This document shows positions 45,731-55,954 of a stretch of DNA of 64,000 bases, one piece after another (position 1 is the stretch's first letter; each line of letters starts with the position of its first letter). The notes under the pieces are model-generated. The model saw only the letters and a list, made by a program, of their open reading frames with translations, did not search any database and was not told the origin of the DNA. Made by a program: the position numbers and the translations under genes. Where the stretch lies: positions 1 through 64,000 of the forward strand of contig RQSC01000602.1 in the NCBI GenBank assembly GCA_013416795.1. Direction: 5' to 3'. The stretch comes from Prasinococcaceae sp. CCMP 1430 (taxonomy: Eukaryota > Plantae > Prasinodermophyta).

Positions 45731-46879
45731 TCACGGCTCGAGCACGATGAGCTTCCCGAGCACGCCGCTGGCGATGTACACGTACCCCCCGTCGTACGCG
45801 ATCGCCTCCGCGCCCTCGAGCGCGGGTCCCGTGAGGCTGTCAACCACGCGCGGCATGGTGGGCGCGTCGAAGGCTGCGTTGGGCTCCGCCACGTCCACGG
45901 CCACTACGCCGCCGTGGGTCATCTCGCCCTCGCGGTCGACGTACTTGTACGAGGCGACGAACAGGTGCGTCGAGTTGGCTGGCGCGAGCTGCGCGGCGCC
46001 ACGCAGCACCACGCGCCCGCGGTTGAGGCCCGCGCCTGGGCGCTGTCTGTCTTCCTCGCTGGTCATCCACCGGAGGAACTTGGGGAAGGACGGGTCCTCG
46101 ACGTTGAGCATCGCCAGGCCCTTTGACTCCTTGCCCATTGCCACGTAGGCGACGCTGTCATCCGTGTTGACGTGGACGTACGCGGCGCCCTTGAGGCGCT
46201 TGTCCTTCAGCGTGCCCAGCTGCGCGGGCCTCGCCGGCGTCGCGAGGTCCAGGATGGTGACGCGCGAGTTGTCACCGCCGGCAACATACAGGTGTGAGCC
46301 GAACACCTTCACGCACGTCGCCGCCGCCACACGCAGCACGTTGACCACCGACAGGTCGGCGGGGTTCGACACGTCTACCACGGTAAGGTTGCGCGCGCCG
46401 CGCGCCGCAACGTAGGCGTAACCGCCGTACAGGCTCACAGAGGACGCGCCATTGAGCGCCACGGGGTCCTGCAGGTACCCAAGGAGCCGCATGCCGTAGG
46501 GGTCTGCCACGTCGACGACGGCGAGTGCGTCCGCCACGCGACTGGCGACGTACGCACGCGCGAAACTGCCGCTCGCGCGCGTCAGGGCGACGCAGTGCGC
46601 GCCGTCGAGCGCCTCGTGCACGAGTGCGGACGCGAGCGCGGGCGCGGCGGGATCCGACACGTCCACGGCGACGAGCGCGCTCGCGTCGTGCGCGGCGACG
46701 AGCGCGATTGCCGCAGCGCCGTCGATGGTGACGTCGACCGCGCCGGCGAGCGACACGTCGGAGAGCGCACCCGAGACGGACAACCCGCCGGCCAGTGGCG
46801 CGACGCCCGCGAGGCACGCGAGTGCGAACACGAGCGCGCGCGAGGGGGCGCACGCTGCGGCCGCGCGCCGGTGCGCCAT
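45731..46879 (-). CDS. Secreted or surface LVIVD-repeat (beta-propeller) protein
   Basis: ATG at 46879; hydrophobic signal ALVFALACLAGVAPLAGG; repeats LVAVDVSDPAAP, LAVVDVADPYGM, LTVVDVSNPADL, VTILDLATPARP, LAMLNVEDPSFP. Confidence 0.8.
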   Translation of the reverse strand: MAHRRAAAACAPSRALVFALACLAGVAPLAGGLSVSGALSDVSLAGAVDVTIDGAAAIALVAAHDASALVAVDVSDPAAPALASALVHEALDGAHCVALTRASGSFARAYVASRVADALAVVDVADPYGMRLLGYLQDPVALNGASSVSLYGGYAYVAARGARNLTVVDVSNPADLSVVNVLRVAAATCVKVFGSHLYVAGGDNSRVTILDLATPARPAQLGTLKDKRLKGAAYVHVNTDDSVAYVAMGKESKGLAMLNVEDPSFPKFLRWMTSEEDRQRPGAGLNRGRVVLRGAAQLAPANSTHLFVASYKYVDREGEMTHGGVVAVDVAEPNAAFDAPTMPRVVDSLTGPALEGAEAIAYDGGYVYIASGVLGKLIVLEP

Positions 46880-47070
46880 CGCGCTCGCGGCNNNNNNNNN
46901 NNNNNNNNNNNNNNNNNNNNNNNNNNNNNNNNNNNNNNNNNNNNNNNNNNNNNNNNNNNNNNNNNNNNNNNNNNNNNNNNNNNNNNNNNNNNNNNNNNNN
47001 NNNNNNNNNNNNNNNNNNNNNNNNNNNNNNNNNNNNNNNNNNNNNNNNNNNNNNNNNNNNNNNNNNNNNN

Positions 47071-49328
47071 GTTGGCGGTGGCGCGGGCACTGGCCATCGG
47101 GCCGCGCGGCATGCGGCGCGGGGCGCGCCGCCGCGCGGAAAACGGCGAGGCGCCGGGGGCTTCCAAGGGTGCAGCAGAGGCTCCTCCGCCCGCCCCGATC
47201 CTGGAGTGGCACGACGTGTGCGTGCGCGTGGGACGCGGCCGCCGCCGCCGCTGGGTGCTGCGCGGCGTATCGGGCGCGGCGCGCGCGGGCAGGCTCGCGT
47301 GCGTGCTCGGCCCGAGCGGCTGCGGCAAGACGACGCTGCTGGACGCGCTCGCGGGCACGTACCCGGCTGCGGGCGGCGCGGCCGTCGGCGGGGCAGTTCG
47401 CGCGTGCGCAGGCGCGACGCTCGCGTACGTGCGCCAGGAGAGCGCCTTCTTCTCCAACCTCACCACTCGCGAGACGCTGGCGCTGGTCGGAGCGCTGCGC
47501 GGCCTCGTCGGGGACGAGCTCGACGAGGCCGTCGATGGCACGCTACGACGCATGGCGCTCGCGCCGTGCGCGGACACGCTGGTGGGCGGCGACACCGGCG
47601 GTCCCGACCGCCGCGGCATCTCCGGCGGCGAGCGCAAGCGGCTCAGCATTGCGTGCGAGCTCGTCAGCCGCGGGGCCGCGGCCGCGGCGGCAGGCCGCCG
47701 GCGCCGCGGGCGCCGCAGGCGCGGGCGGCATCGTGCTCGTCGACGAGCCCACCACGGGCCTTGACGCCTTTCAGGCGGATCGCGTGGTCGGCAAGCTCGC
47801 CGAGCTCGCGCGGCGCGAGGGCGCGGCCGTCGTGGCCACGCTGCACCAGCCGCGCTCGGCGACCTTCGCCAAGTGCGACGACGTGGTGCTGCTCACCGGC
47901 CAGGGGCGCGTGGCGTTCGCGGGGGAGGTAAAGGCCGCCGTGGACTACTTCGCCGCGGCGGGCTACCCCTGTCCCGAGCACCACAACGCCGCGGAGCACC
48001 TCATCGACCTGGTGTCGGTCGACGAGACAGACGCAGCGAAGGCGGAGGAGGACCTGGAGCGCATCCGCGCGCTCGAGCGGCTGTGGGTGGCGTCGGCGGA
48101 GCGGCGGGCGTTCGACGACGGCCGAGAGGAGCGCCAGGCGGCGCGCGAGCGGCGCGCGAGCGGGCGCGAGGGCGGTGGGAGCGGGGGCCGCAGCGGCCCG
48201 CGGGGGCGCGTGGGCGTCCACCGCCAGCTGGGGCTGCTCCTGCGCCGCGCGCTCCGCCAGTCGCGGCGCGACGCCTTCGTGAACGTGACGCGCGCCGCGG
48301 CCGCCGCGGGTCTCGGCCTCATCTTCGGCGCGCTCTTCGGCAGGCTGCCGCTGCGCGGCGAGAAGGCGGTGAGCAAGCGCACGGCGCTCGTCATGCAGCT
48401 GGCGATCAACGCCTCGTTCATCTCGATGACCAAGTCGCTGAATGCCTTCCCGCGCGAGCGGAAGGTGGTGCAGGCGGAGACCAAGGCGGGGCTGTACACG
48501 CCCGTGCCCTACTTCCTGGGGAAGCTGGCGGTGGAGGCGCCGCTCGACGCGGCGCTGTCGGCGCTCTTCGGCGTGGTGGCGGCGCCGCTCAACGGCCTGC
48601 GAGCGGGCGGTCGACCCGCGCTGTACGGTGCGCTGGGGCTCATGTCGGCCTCCGCGTCGGGCCTCGGCCTGCTCATCGGCGCGGCGGCGCCCTCGGTGGA
48701 AGTTGCGCTCGCGCTGGGGCCCTGCGCGATGGTGCTCTCCATCCTGCTCGGCGACGTGGTGGGCGCCTTCTCCGACGTGCCCGAGGCCATGCGTCCCCTC
48801 GCGAATCTCAGCTGCGTGCGCTGGGGCCTGATGGCCATGCTCGCCGCCGAGTTCACCGGCCTGGAGCTTGACATGACGCCCGAGGGCAGCGCCGCCGGCG
48901 CGAGCGGCGGCGGGGGCTCCATCGCAGAGAAGTACGGCGCGCCGAAAGGCTGGACGGGCCCGCCGCCGCCCGGCTTGCGGATCGCGACGGGCGGCGCGGC
49001 CGGCAGCGAGGACCGCGGGCCGCTCGTGTGGCTGCGCGCGGCGATGGAGGGGCGGCCCGCGGGGGGCGCGCGGGGGACGGGAGGTGGGGGCGCACCGGGA
49101 GCGAGCGGCGCCTCGAGCCCGAAGGAGCGCGTGACCGTGCGCGGCGAGGACGTCCTCGCCGGTTTTGGCGTGCACGGACCGCACACGTACTCGCGTGCGA
49201 CCGCCGCGCAGGCACGGCTGTGCGGCGCCCTTTTGCTGACCACGCTGGCGCTGCTCGGCCTGCAAGGCGGCGGGGGGGGCGGGCACTGCGACATGGACCC
49301 GCTGTTGCGATGCGAGGAAGCGCTGTGA
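47071..49328 (+). CDS. ABCG (White-family) half transporter; 5' end in gap; frame discontinuity ~47663-47693
   Basis: Walker A GPSGCGKTTLLDALAG; signature ISGGERKRLSIACEL; Walker B VLVDEPTTGLDA; TLHQP; HNAAEHLIDL; ABC2 membrane region FPRERKVVQAE..YFLGKL. Confidence 0.9.
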
Positions 49329-49594
49329 GGACCCAGCTCCGCACACGATGAGACGTCGGAGCCGCGCGTGTGATGTACGCTTGCACCCGACGGCCCGCGC
49401 GCATCGAGCCTCCGTCCCCGGCAGCGACAGCGCGAGCGTGAGCGCGCCCGCGCGCGTGTGCTGCGCGCGCCCGCGCGTGCGTTGCGCGCGCGCGCTTTCG
49501 CTCGCGTGCACACCCCGCGGCACGTCATTAACACCGTCATTAAAAAACGAGTACAGGTCGTCGCCGCGCGCCGCGAGTCGCGCGCGAGAGGCGC

Positions 49595-50947
49595 TCACGA
49601 CGCCGCAGCGGCCGCGGGCCGCCGCGCGAGCGGGGCCGCTGTTGGCGCCTCGCCTCCCCCCTTGGCGATGGCTCCATTGGCGATGGCCCCCTTCGCGACG
49701 CCGCTGTAGTTGACGAACTGGCGCACGTCCTCCGGCGCCCTGTACGTGCCCAGCAGCCTGTCCCAGTACATGAAGATGTGGCCGTAGTTGTACACGAAGA
49801 GGCGGTGGTGCACGTGGTGGTCCGCGGGGGTGCCCACGCCCAGGAGGCGGCACAGAGGATCCCACGGGTGGTCGTACTCGGCGTGGATCAGGCACAGCCT
49901 GCGCGCGTCGTTTGTGTTTGTGTGTGTGTGTGGTGGATGGGTGGGTGGGTTTTTGGTCAGCAAATGAGCGAATTTGCGAGCCAGCCAGCCAGCCAGCCAG
50001 CCAGCCGGCCGGCCAGCGACAGTGGCGCGAGCGCGCGTGAAGGGGGGGTGAGAGGGGGCACGGGCACGGGCGCGGGCGCGGGCGCGGGCGCGCGCCCGCA
50101 CCAGTTGGCGTAGGCCGCTCCGAAGGCCATGTAGCTCCACACGTTGCAGTGCACCGCGTTGGCGGTGATGTACAGCGGCACAAGGATCATGCACACCGTG
50201 TCGCCCACGCTGCCGTTGAAGGCGTCGAAGAGGCACGGGTTGAGGAAGCGGTGGTGCGGCTTGTGGGACGCCCTGTACAGCTTGGGGTGCAGCTTGTGCT
50301 CCAGCAGGTGCATGGCCGCCTGCACGGCGTCCTGCACGAGCATCTGCGCGGCCACGTGCGCGAGGTTGACACCGCCCTCGAAGGAGTAGTACGACGAGGG
50401 CATGAGGTCGAACATCCACGTTCCAGAGAGGTACGCGCCCAGCAGCACGAAGCCCTCCACCGAGCCGAGGTGCTCGCGCAGCATCGGCATGAACGCGTAC
50501 GGGGCGCGCCCCACCTTTTGGATGCGGTTGCGCGCAGCCTGCGAGCGCGCGCGCAAAAGGGGGGGGGGGGGGGTCGGGGGAGGGATGGCGCGCGGGTCAG
50601 TTCTCGACCAAGCGCCGCGCGCGCACACGCGCGTCCGCGCGAGCATGCGCGCGCACGTGCGCTCGCTCGCGCGCGCACGCCGCTGCACGCACATACGACT
50701 CGCTGTACTCGCCGCCCTTGAGCGCGCTCACGCGCCACGCGTGGTACGCGACCACGAACACCTGCACGAAGGCCACCGCGAGGATGCCCAGCGTGAGCCC
50801 CACGGGGCTCGGCCACTCGCCCCATCGCGCGTACGAGTACGCCCCCGACGAGAAGTCGCCGCCGCCGGCGACGGCCGCGCTGCCGTGCGCCGCCGAGCGC
50901 GCGAACATCGCCGCCGAGCGCTCGAGCAGCGTCGCGTTCGCCGCCAT
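49595..50947 (-). CDS. Fatty-acid hydroxylase/sterol desaturase family di-iron membrane enzyme (3 exons)
   Basis: His boxes MHLLEH, SHKPHH, LIHAE, DHHVHH and NYGHIFMYWDRLLGTY; introns ~50540-50697 and ~49900-50101. Confidence 0.88.
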
Positions 50948-51776
50948 CGTNNNNNNNNNNNNNNNNNNNNNNNNNNNNNNNNNNNNNNNNNNNNNNNNNN
51001 NNNNNNNNNNNNNNNNNNNNNNNNNNNNNNNNNNNNNNNNNNNNNNNNNNNNNNNNNNNNNNNNNNNNNNNNNNNNNNNNNNNNNNNNNNNNNNNNNNNN
51101 NNNNNNNNNNNNNNNNNNNNNNNNNNNNNNNNNNNNNNNNNNNNNNNNNNNNNNNNNNNNNNNNNNNNNNNNNNNNNNNNNNNNNNNNNNNNNNNNNNNN
51201 NNNNNNNNNNNNNNNNNNNNNNNNNNNNNNNNNNNNNNNNNNNNNNNNNNNNNNNNNNNNNNNNNNNNNGCGCGGGCGCGCGCGCGCGTGGCGCGCCCCC
51301 CAGCCCGGTCGGCGCCCTGGGTCTATCCGCTCGCGCCGCCCCCGAAACCGAAAGGCGGGAATTTGGTCGCGAGTGCGCGCCGACGCGCGCGCCGAAACGC
51401 GCTCCGTCGAACGCGGAGAACGCATGCGGATCTCCATACGCGCCCGGCGACACTCTCGCGGAAGTCCGCGGGCAAAAGCGTTTTTTTTTTGGTCCCCGCG
51501 CGCGCTCGCCCGTTTTCGCGCGCCGGCGGCTGGCCGGGCGCGCCCGCGCGGGGATGAGGTTTATCCACAACGAAGGGTCCACAAAATAACATACACGGAA
51601 TTAAAAAATCTTGGTCTTATTGGTATTAGTACATCTCCTTTATTTCGTAACGCAGTACCTAAATGTGCTCATCACGCGTTTTTGCGCGCGCTCGCCCCCG
51701 CGCGCGCGTTTGGGTCGCGGCGCGCGCGCGCGCGGGTGCGGAGAGGCGAGCGCGCGCGCGGCGAGGCGGTGCGCAG

Positions 51777-52279
51777 GACGCCGCGCCGCTCGGCGAGCTC
51801 GACCTCGCGCCGCCGCACTGGACGGCGCCCGCCAGCAGCAAGCTGCGCAAGCCCTCCGACCTGGCCGCCGCGCGCGACGAGTTCTGGGACACGGCACCCG
51901 CCTACGGGGGCGGCGAGGAGATATGGTGCGAGCGAGCGAGCGAGCGAGCGCCTCGGGTTCTAGCGTTTGTTTTCTTTGTGGCGTGCGCATGCGCAGGTGT
52001 GCCAAGCGTGTCGCATTGCTGCCGCAGAGCCCGCCAGCCACGACAACGCGAGCGCCGCTAATCGCATAGCTTCGCGCGCGGCGCTCCAACCGCAGGTTGG
52101 CGCTCAGGTCTGCGTCGGAGTTGGCGAGGGGCAACGACCTCGACATGGCGGAGGCCATCGTGGGCTCGGCTGGCATCATCGCCGGCAAGCGCGGGCTCGC
52201 TGAATGCTACGACGAGCTCGGACGAAAGTACGAGCTGCCGGAGTACGTGCTCAGTGACCCGGACAACTTGCTCGGATGA
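51777..52279 (+). CDS. DC-UbP/UBTD-type ubiquitin-binding-domain protein (intron ~51926-52095; start uncertain)
   Basis: ARDEFWDTAPAYGGGEEIW|LALRSA...ECYDELGRKYELPEYVLSDPDNL matches the UBD signature EFWDTAP..GRKEIW / YDELG..Y.LP.Y. Confidence 0.85.
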
Positions 52280-52872
52280 GCAAGAGCGCAAGCACAACGC
52301 CCTCACACCGGCGTGCTCTTGGGCGCGTGCGCCTTTGTGTCACACGGCGTGCGTGCGCGCGGCAGACAATTCACGTACGCAGCGTGCACCCATGCCCACG
52401 AGCAAGGGCGTGCACGGGCACTCGGAGGACAGCTGCTGCAGATAGCTACTAGCTGGAGAGAGGATAGCTAATACAGAGTTGCGGATGCAGCAAATAATAG
52501 GAAGAGGGCGCACGAATTCACCACAGTAGCACTGGCAGAGTAGACTCGGAGACGGCATCCTGCGACCACCCAACCCCGCCACGCGCGCGCGCGGACGCGT
52601 GTGCGCAGATACGCGCCCGTCCGTGCGCTTCAACCCCTCCCAGGCCTCGGCAGCGTGCCCCCCCCCCCCCTAGCTAGGTGCACTGGCAGGTCGTTTGATG
52701 AGCGCTTCATACAGACTGTACAGTACAGTATTGAGGTGAACCGTAACATTGGTAGGGTTTAAAGTCGTGACACGCACTCGATGCGCACGCGACGAGCGAG
52801 AGTGCGCTCGCGCGGGGCGGTGCCACAGGGGGGCACGGCGGCAGCGGTGGCGGGCGGGGCAGGCAGGGGGGG

Positions 52873-55678
52873 ATGCATGCGGGCGTCGCAGTAGCGCGAG
52901 CGCTCGCCGAGCACGCGCGCGCCTGCGCGCGTGCGCTCGCGCGCGATGCGCCGCAAGCCGCGGCCGCGGCCGCGTGCGCCCGCGGCCTCGCGGACGCCCG
53001 TGGGTGTGCTCCCCTTCCCGCGCCCCCCGCATCGGCGCTCCCGCTTGCCGGCACGCGCTGGTCCGTGCACGCGCGCGCATTCGCCGCTTCCGCAGCCACA
53101 GCTGCTCCGGGCGGCGTCGCCGCCGAGGAGGATCCGTGGGCGATCCACTATGCGGCGGCCGCGCGAGCGCGAGCGGGCGAGGACGTGCTCCTGTTGGGCA
53201 TGGGCGTGCCCGACACGCCGACCTCGCCCGCTGTGCGCGCGGCGGCGGCTGCAGCGCTCGATGCGCCAGGCGGCGAGGGCTACGCGCCTGCCATGGGCGA
53301 CGAGCGCCTGCGCGCGGCCGTCGTGGCGTCGATGGGCGCTGACGCGGCCTCGACGTCGGTGTGCGTGACGCCCGGCGCGCAGACAGCGCTCTACATGGCG
53401 CTGCACGTGGCCGTCGCGCGCGCTGGCGACTCCGCGCCGCTGGTGATGACACCCGCTCCCGCGTACGCCACATACGAGCACACCATCGCCATGGCCGGCG
53501 GCGAAATGGCCCGCGTGGAGACGGACGAGGATGCGGGCTTCGCCCTGCACGTGAGCGACCTGACCGCGGGGCTGGACGCCGCACGCGCGGCCGGGCGCTC
53601 CGTGGCGGCCGTCCTCCTGACCAATCCGCACAATCCCACCGGCAACGTACTGTCGCGAGAGTTGCTCGCGGTTGGCGCGCTGTGCGAGGCGGCTGGCGCG
53701 ATGCTCATCGTCGACGAGGTGTACGCGCCACTCGTGTTTGGGGCTTCCGGCCGTGATGGGGGAGGCTTTGCCCCCGTGGCGTCGGTCCCCGAGCTCGCGC
53801 GCCACGCGTTTGCGGTAGGGAGCCTTAGCAAGGCTGGGCTGCGGCCGGGATGGCGCGTGGGCTGGCTCGCGGCGCCTGTCGTCGCCGAGGCGGAGGTGGA
53901 GGCGCTTTCCAAAGCAGTGCTCTTCGGCACATCGCCAGCCGCGCAGGCGGCGGCGCTGACTGCGATGCCCCTCGTCGCGCCTGGCAACGCGGAGGCGCGA
54001 CGGTACGCCGCACGCGCACGCGCGCTCGCCGAGGCGCTCGCTGGCGCCGAGGCGGCGTATGACCTCGGCGAGGGCAGCGACAATGTGGGGCTGGTCCACC
54101 TTCACGCGCCACGCGGGGGGCTCTTTGCGATGGTCCGCGTGCGTGCCTGCGGCGCGGCCAGTGGCGAGGAGTTCGCCTCGCGGCTGCTGGAGGACCACGG
54201 CGTGTCTGTGCTACCGGGCGGCGCGTTCGGCGCGCCCGACTGGGTGCGCGTGGGCCTGCTCGCGGACGAGGCGGGGATGGCGCGTGCGGGCGCAGCCATT
54301 GCGGCCACAGCCAAGTCCTTCGCGTGCGAGGGGGTGGCATCAAGGAGGAGCAGCGCGGAGAGGGACGAGTCGAATGCTCGAGCCCAAGGGCGCGCAGGCG
54401 AAGCGATGGCCCAGGAGCCTGCGCGCGGCGCCGTGGTTGTTGGCGGAGCTGCTCACGCCGCGTGGGCGCGCGAGATGCATGCGCACCTCCAGCGACAGTT
54501 GCCTCGCGCGCAGATCGCGCTGTGGACTGAGGACCAGCAGGGAGAAACAAGCATGCATGGTACGTGCGTCAGGGGCAGCGCAGTGATGCCGCGCTCGATC
54601 GAGTGGAGCCGTGCTGCTCTTGCTGTACCTTTTCTGACACACGTCCCGACGCTCGTGTTCATACGAATGCGCACATCGAAAGGCGCGCTGGATGCGGTGC
54701 GTGGCGCGCAGGCGGTTTTCGCCTGGGACCCCCCACGCGGACTGTGGGATACTCCAGAGGTCGCGCAAGCGTCACAGCTGGCACTGGTGCAGGCGTTGGG
54801 AGTGGGCGTGGATTGCCTCGCACGCGGCGGGGCTCCACCTCCTCGCGCTACGATAGCGCGAGTTGTAGACGAGCATGCGGGGGCGCGATATGCGCGCTAC
54901 GTTCTCGCGGCCGCGCTCGCGCACTGCGCGGGCATGGGCCCCGACGCACGCCGCGGCAAACGCGCACCGACGATGGACCCAGCTGAGTGCGCGGTGGGTG
55001 TAATGGGCAGCGGCGCTTTCGGCACCGCTGCTGCGGAGGCGCTCGCCGACGCGGGCTTCGATGTCGCGGTGTGGTCAAGAAAGACGGCGCCGAGGTGCGC
55101 GGCCGACGTTGAGGTGATGCTCGGCCCCAGGCGCATGGGCGCATTCCTGGCGCGCACACGCGTGCTTGTGCTCGCGCTGCCCGCAGTCCCCGCCACCATT
55201 GGCCTGGTGGCCGAGCCGGAGCTACGCGCGCTACAGGCGGGCGGCTGTGTTATCAACGTCGGTAGGGGCGAGGGTGCGCATGCACGCGCGGAGTGCGCGC
55301 GCGTGCGAATGTCGTGTGCGCTTGGTTACAGCGTGTGTCTGCGAGCGGGCGAGCGGGCGCGCGCGCGCGTGGTGCCCATGCTCATGTGTTGTCCACCGCT
55401 GACATCTTCGACCCACCTCGAACGCACGATTGAAAGTGCTCTGCACCGACGGCCTTCTGGCCGCGCTCAGCTCGGGCCACCTGTCGTCAGCAACGCTCGA
55501 CGTCACATCTCCTGAGCCGCTGCCGCCGGGCCACGCGCTTCTTGCTCATCCTCGCGTGTGCGTGACGCCGCACGTCGCTGGCGTCAGCACCGCTGCCGAC
55601 ACCGCAGCAATCGTTGCTTCTGACTGGAAGCGCGTCATGGCCGGTGGCATGCCAGCGCATCCCGTCGCGCCTTGGTAG
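52873..55678 (+). CDS. Fusion of a PLP class I/II aminotransferase (AruH-like) and a GhrA-type D-2-hydroxyacid dehydrogenase; introns 54560-54682 and 55274-55436
   Basis: Aminotransferase: WAIHYAAAARARAGEDVLLLGMGVPD, LTNPHNPTGNV, IVDEVY, SLSKAGLRPGWRVGW. Dehydrogenase: GVGVD, VGVMGSGAFG, VWSR, LVLALP, INVGRGE|VL, ATLDVTSPEPLP, VTPHVAG. No stop between the domains; both introns are phase-consistent GT-AG. Confidence 0.85.
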
Positions 55679-55954
55679 GGCGCGACTTGCGCGTAAATCC
55701 CATCGAAAGCGAGGCCACATGCGCGCCCAGCCACGCACGCTCTGCGCGTGTGCACATATGCGTGCGCATGCCTCGCGCTGCGAGCTGCCTGCCCGCGACC
55801 CACCCTGCCTGCACGACGGACGCCGCAATGGAGCTCTGGCGCTGGCGTGTAACAATGGCACTTATTCACGCGTAGAAGCGCACCTCCAGGGCCCTCCCCA
55901 TGCAGCGCACATCTCAGTAGCGCGCTACGCAACCTCGCGCTTGCGTCTTCTCGT

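Noticed and set aside
52873-55678. Photorespiratory serine:glyoxylate aminotransferase-hydroxypyruvate reductase fusion
   Set aside because: SGAT is a class V aminotransferase, whereas this domain has class I/II motifs (NPHNPTG, DEVY, SLSK..GWRVG). Glyoxylate reduction by the second domain is still possible.
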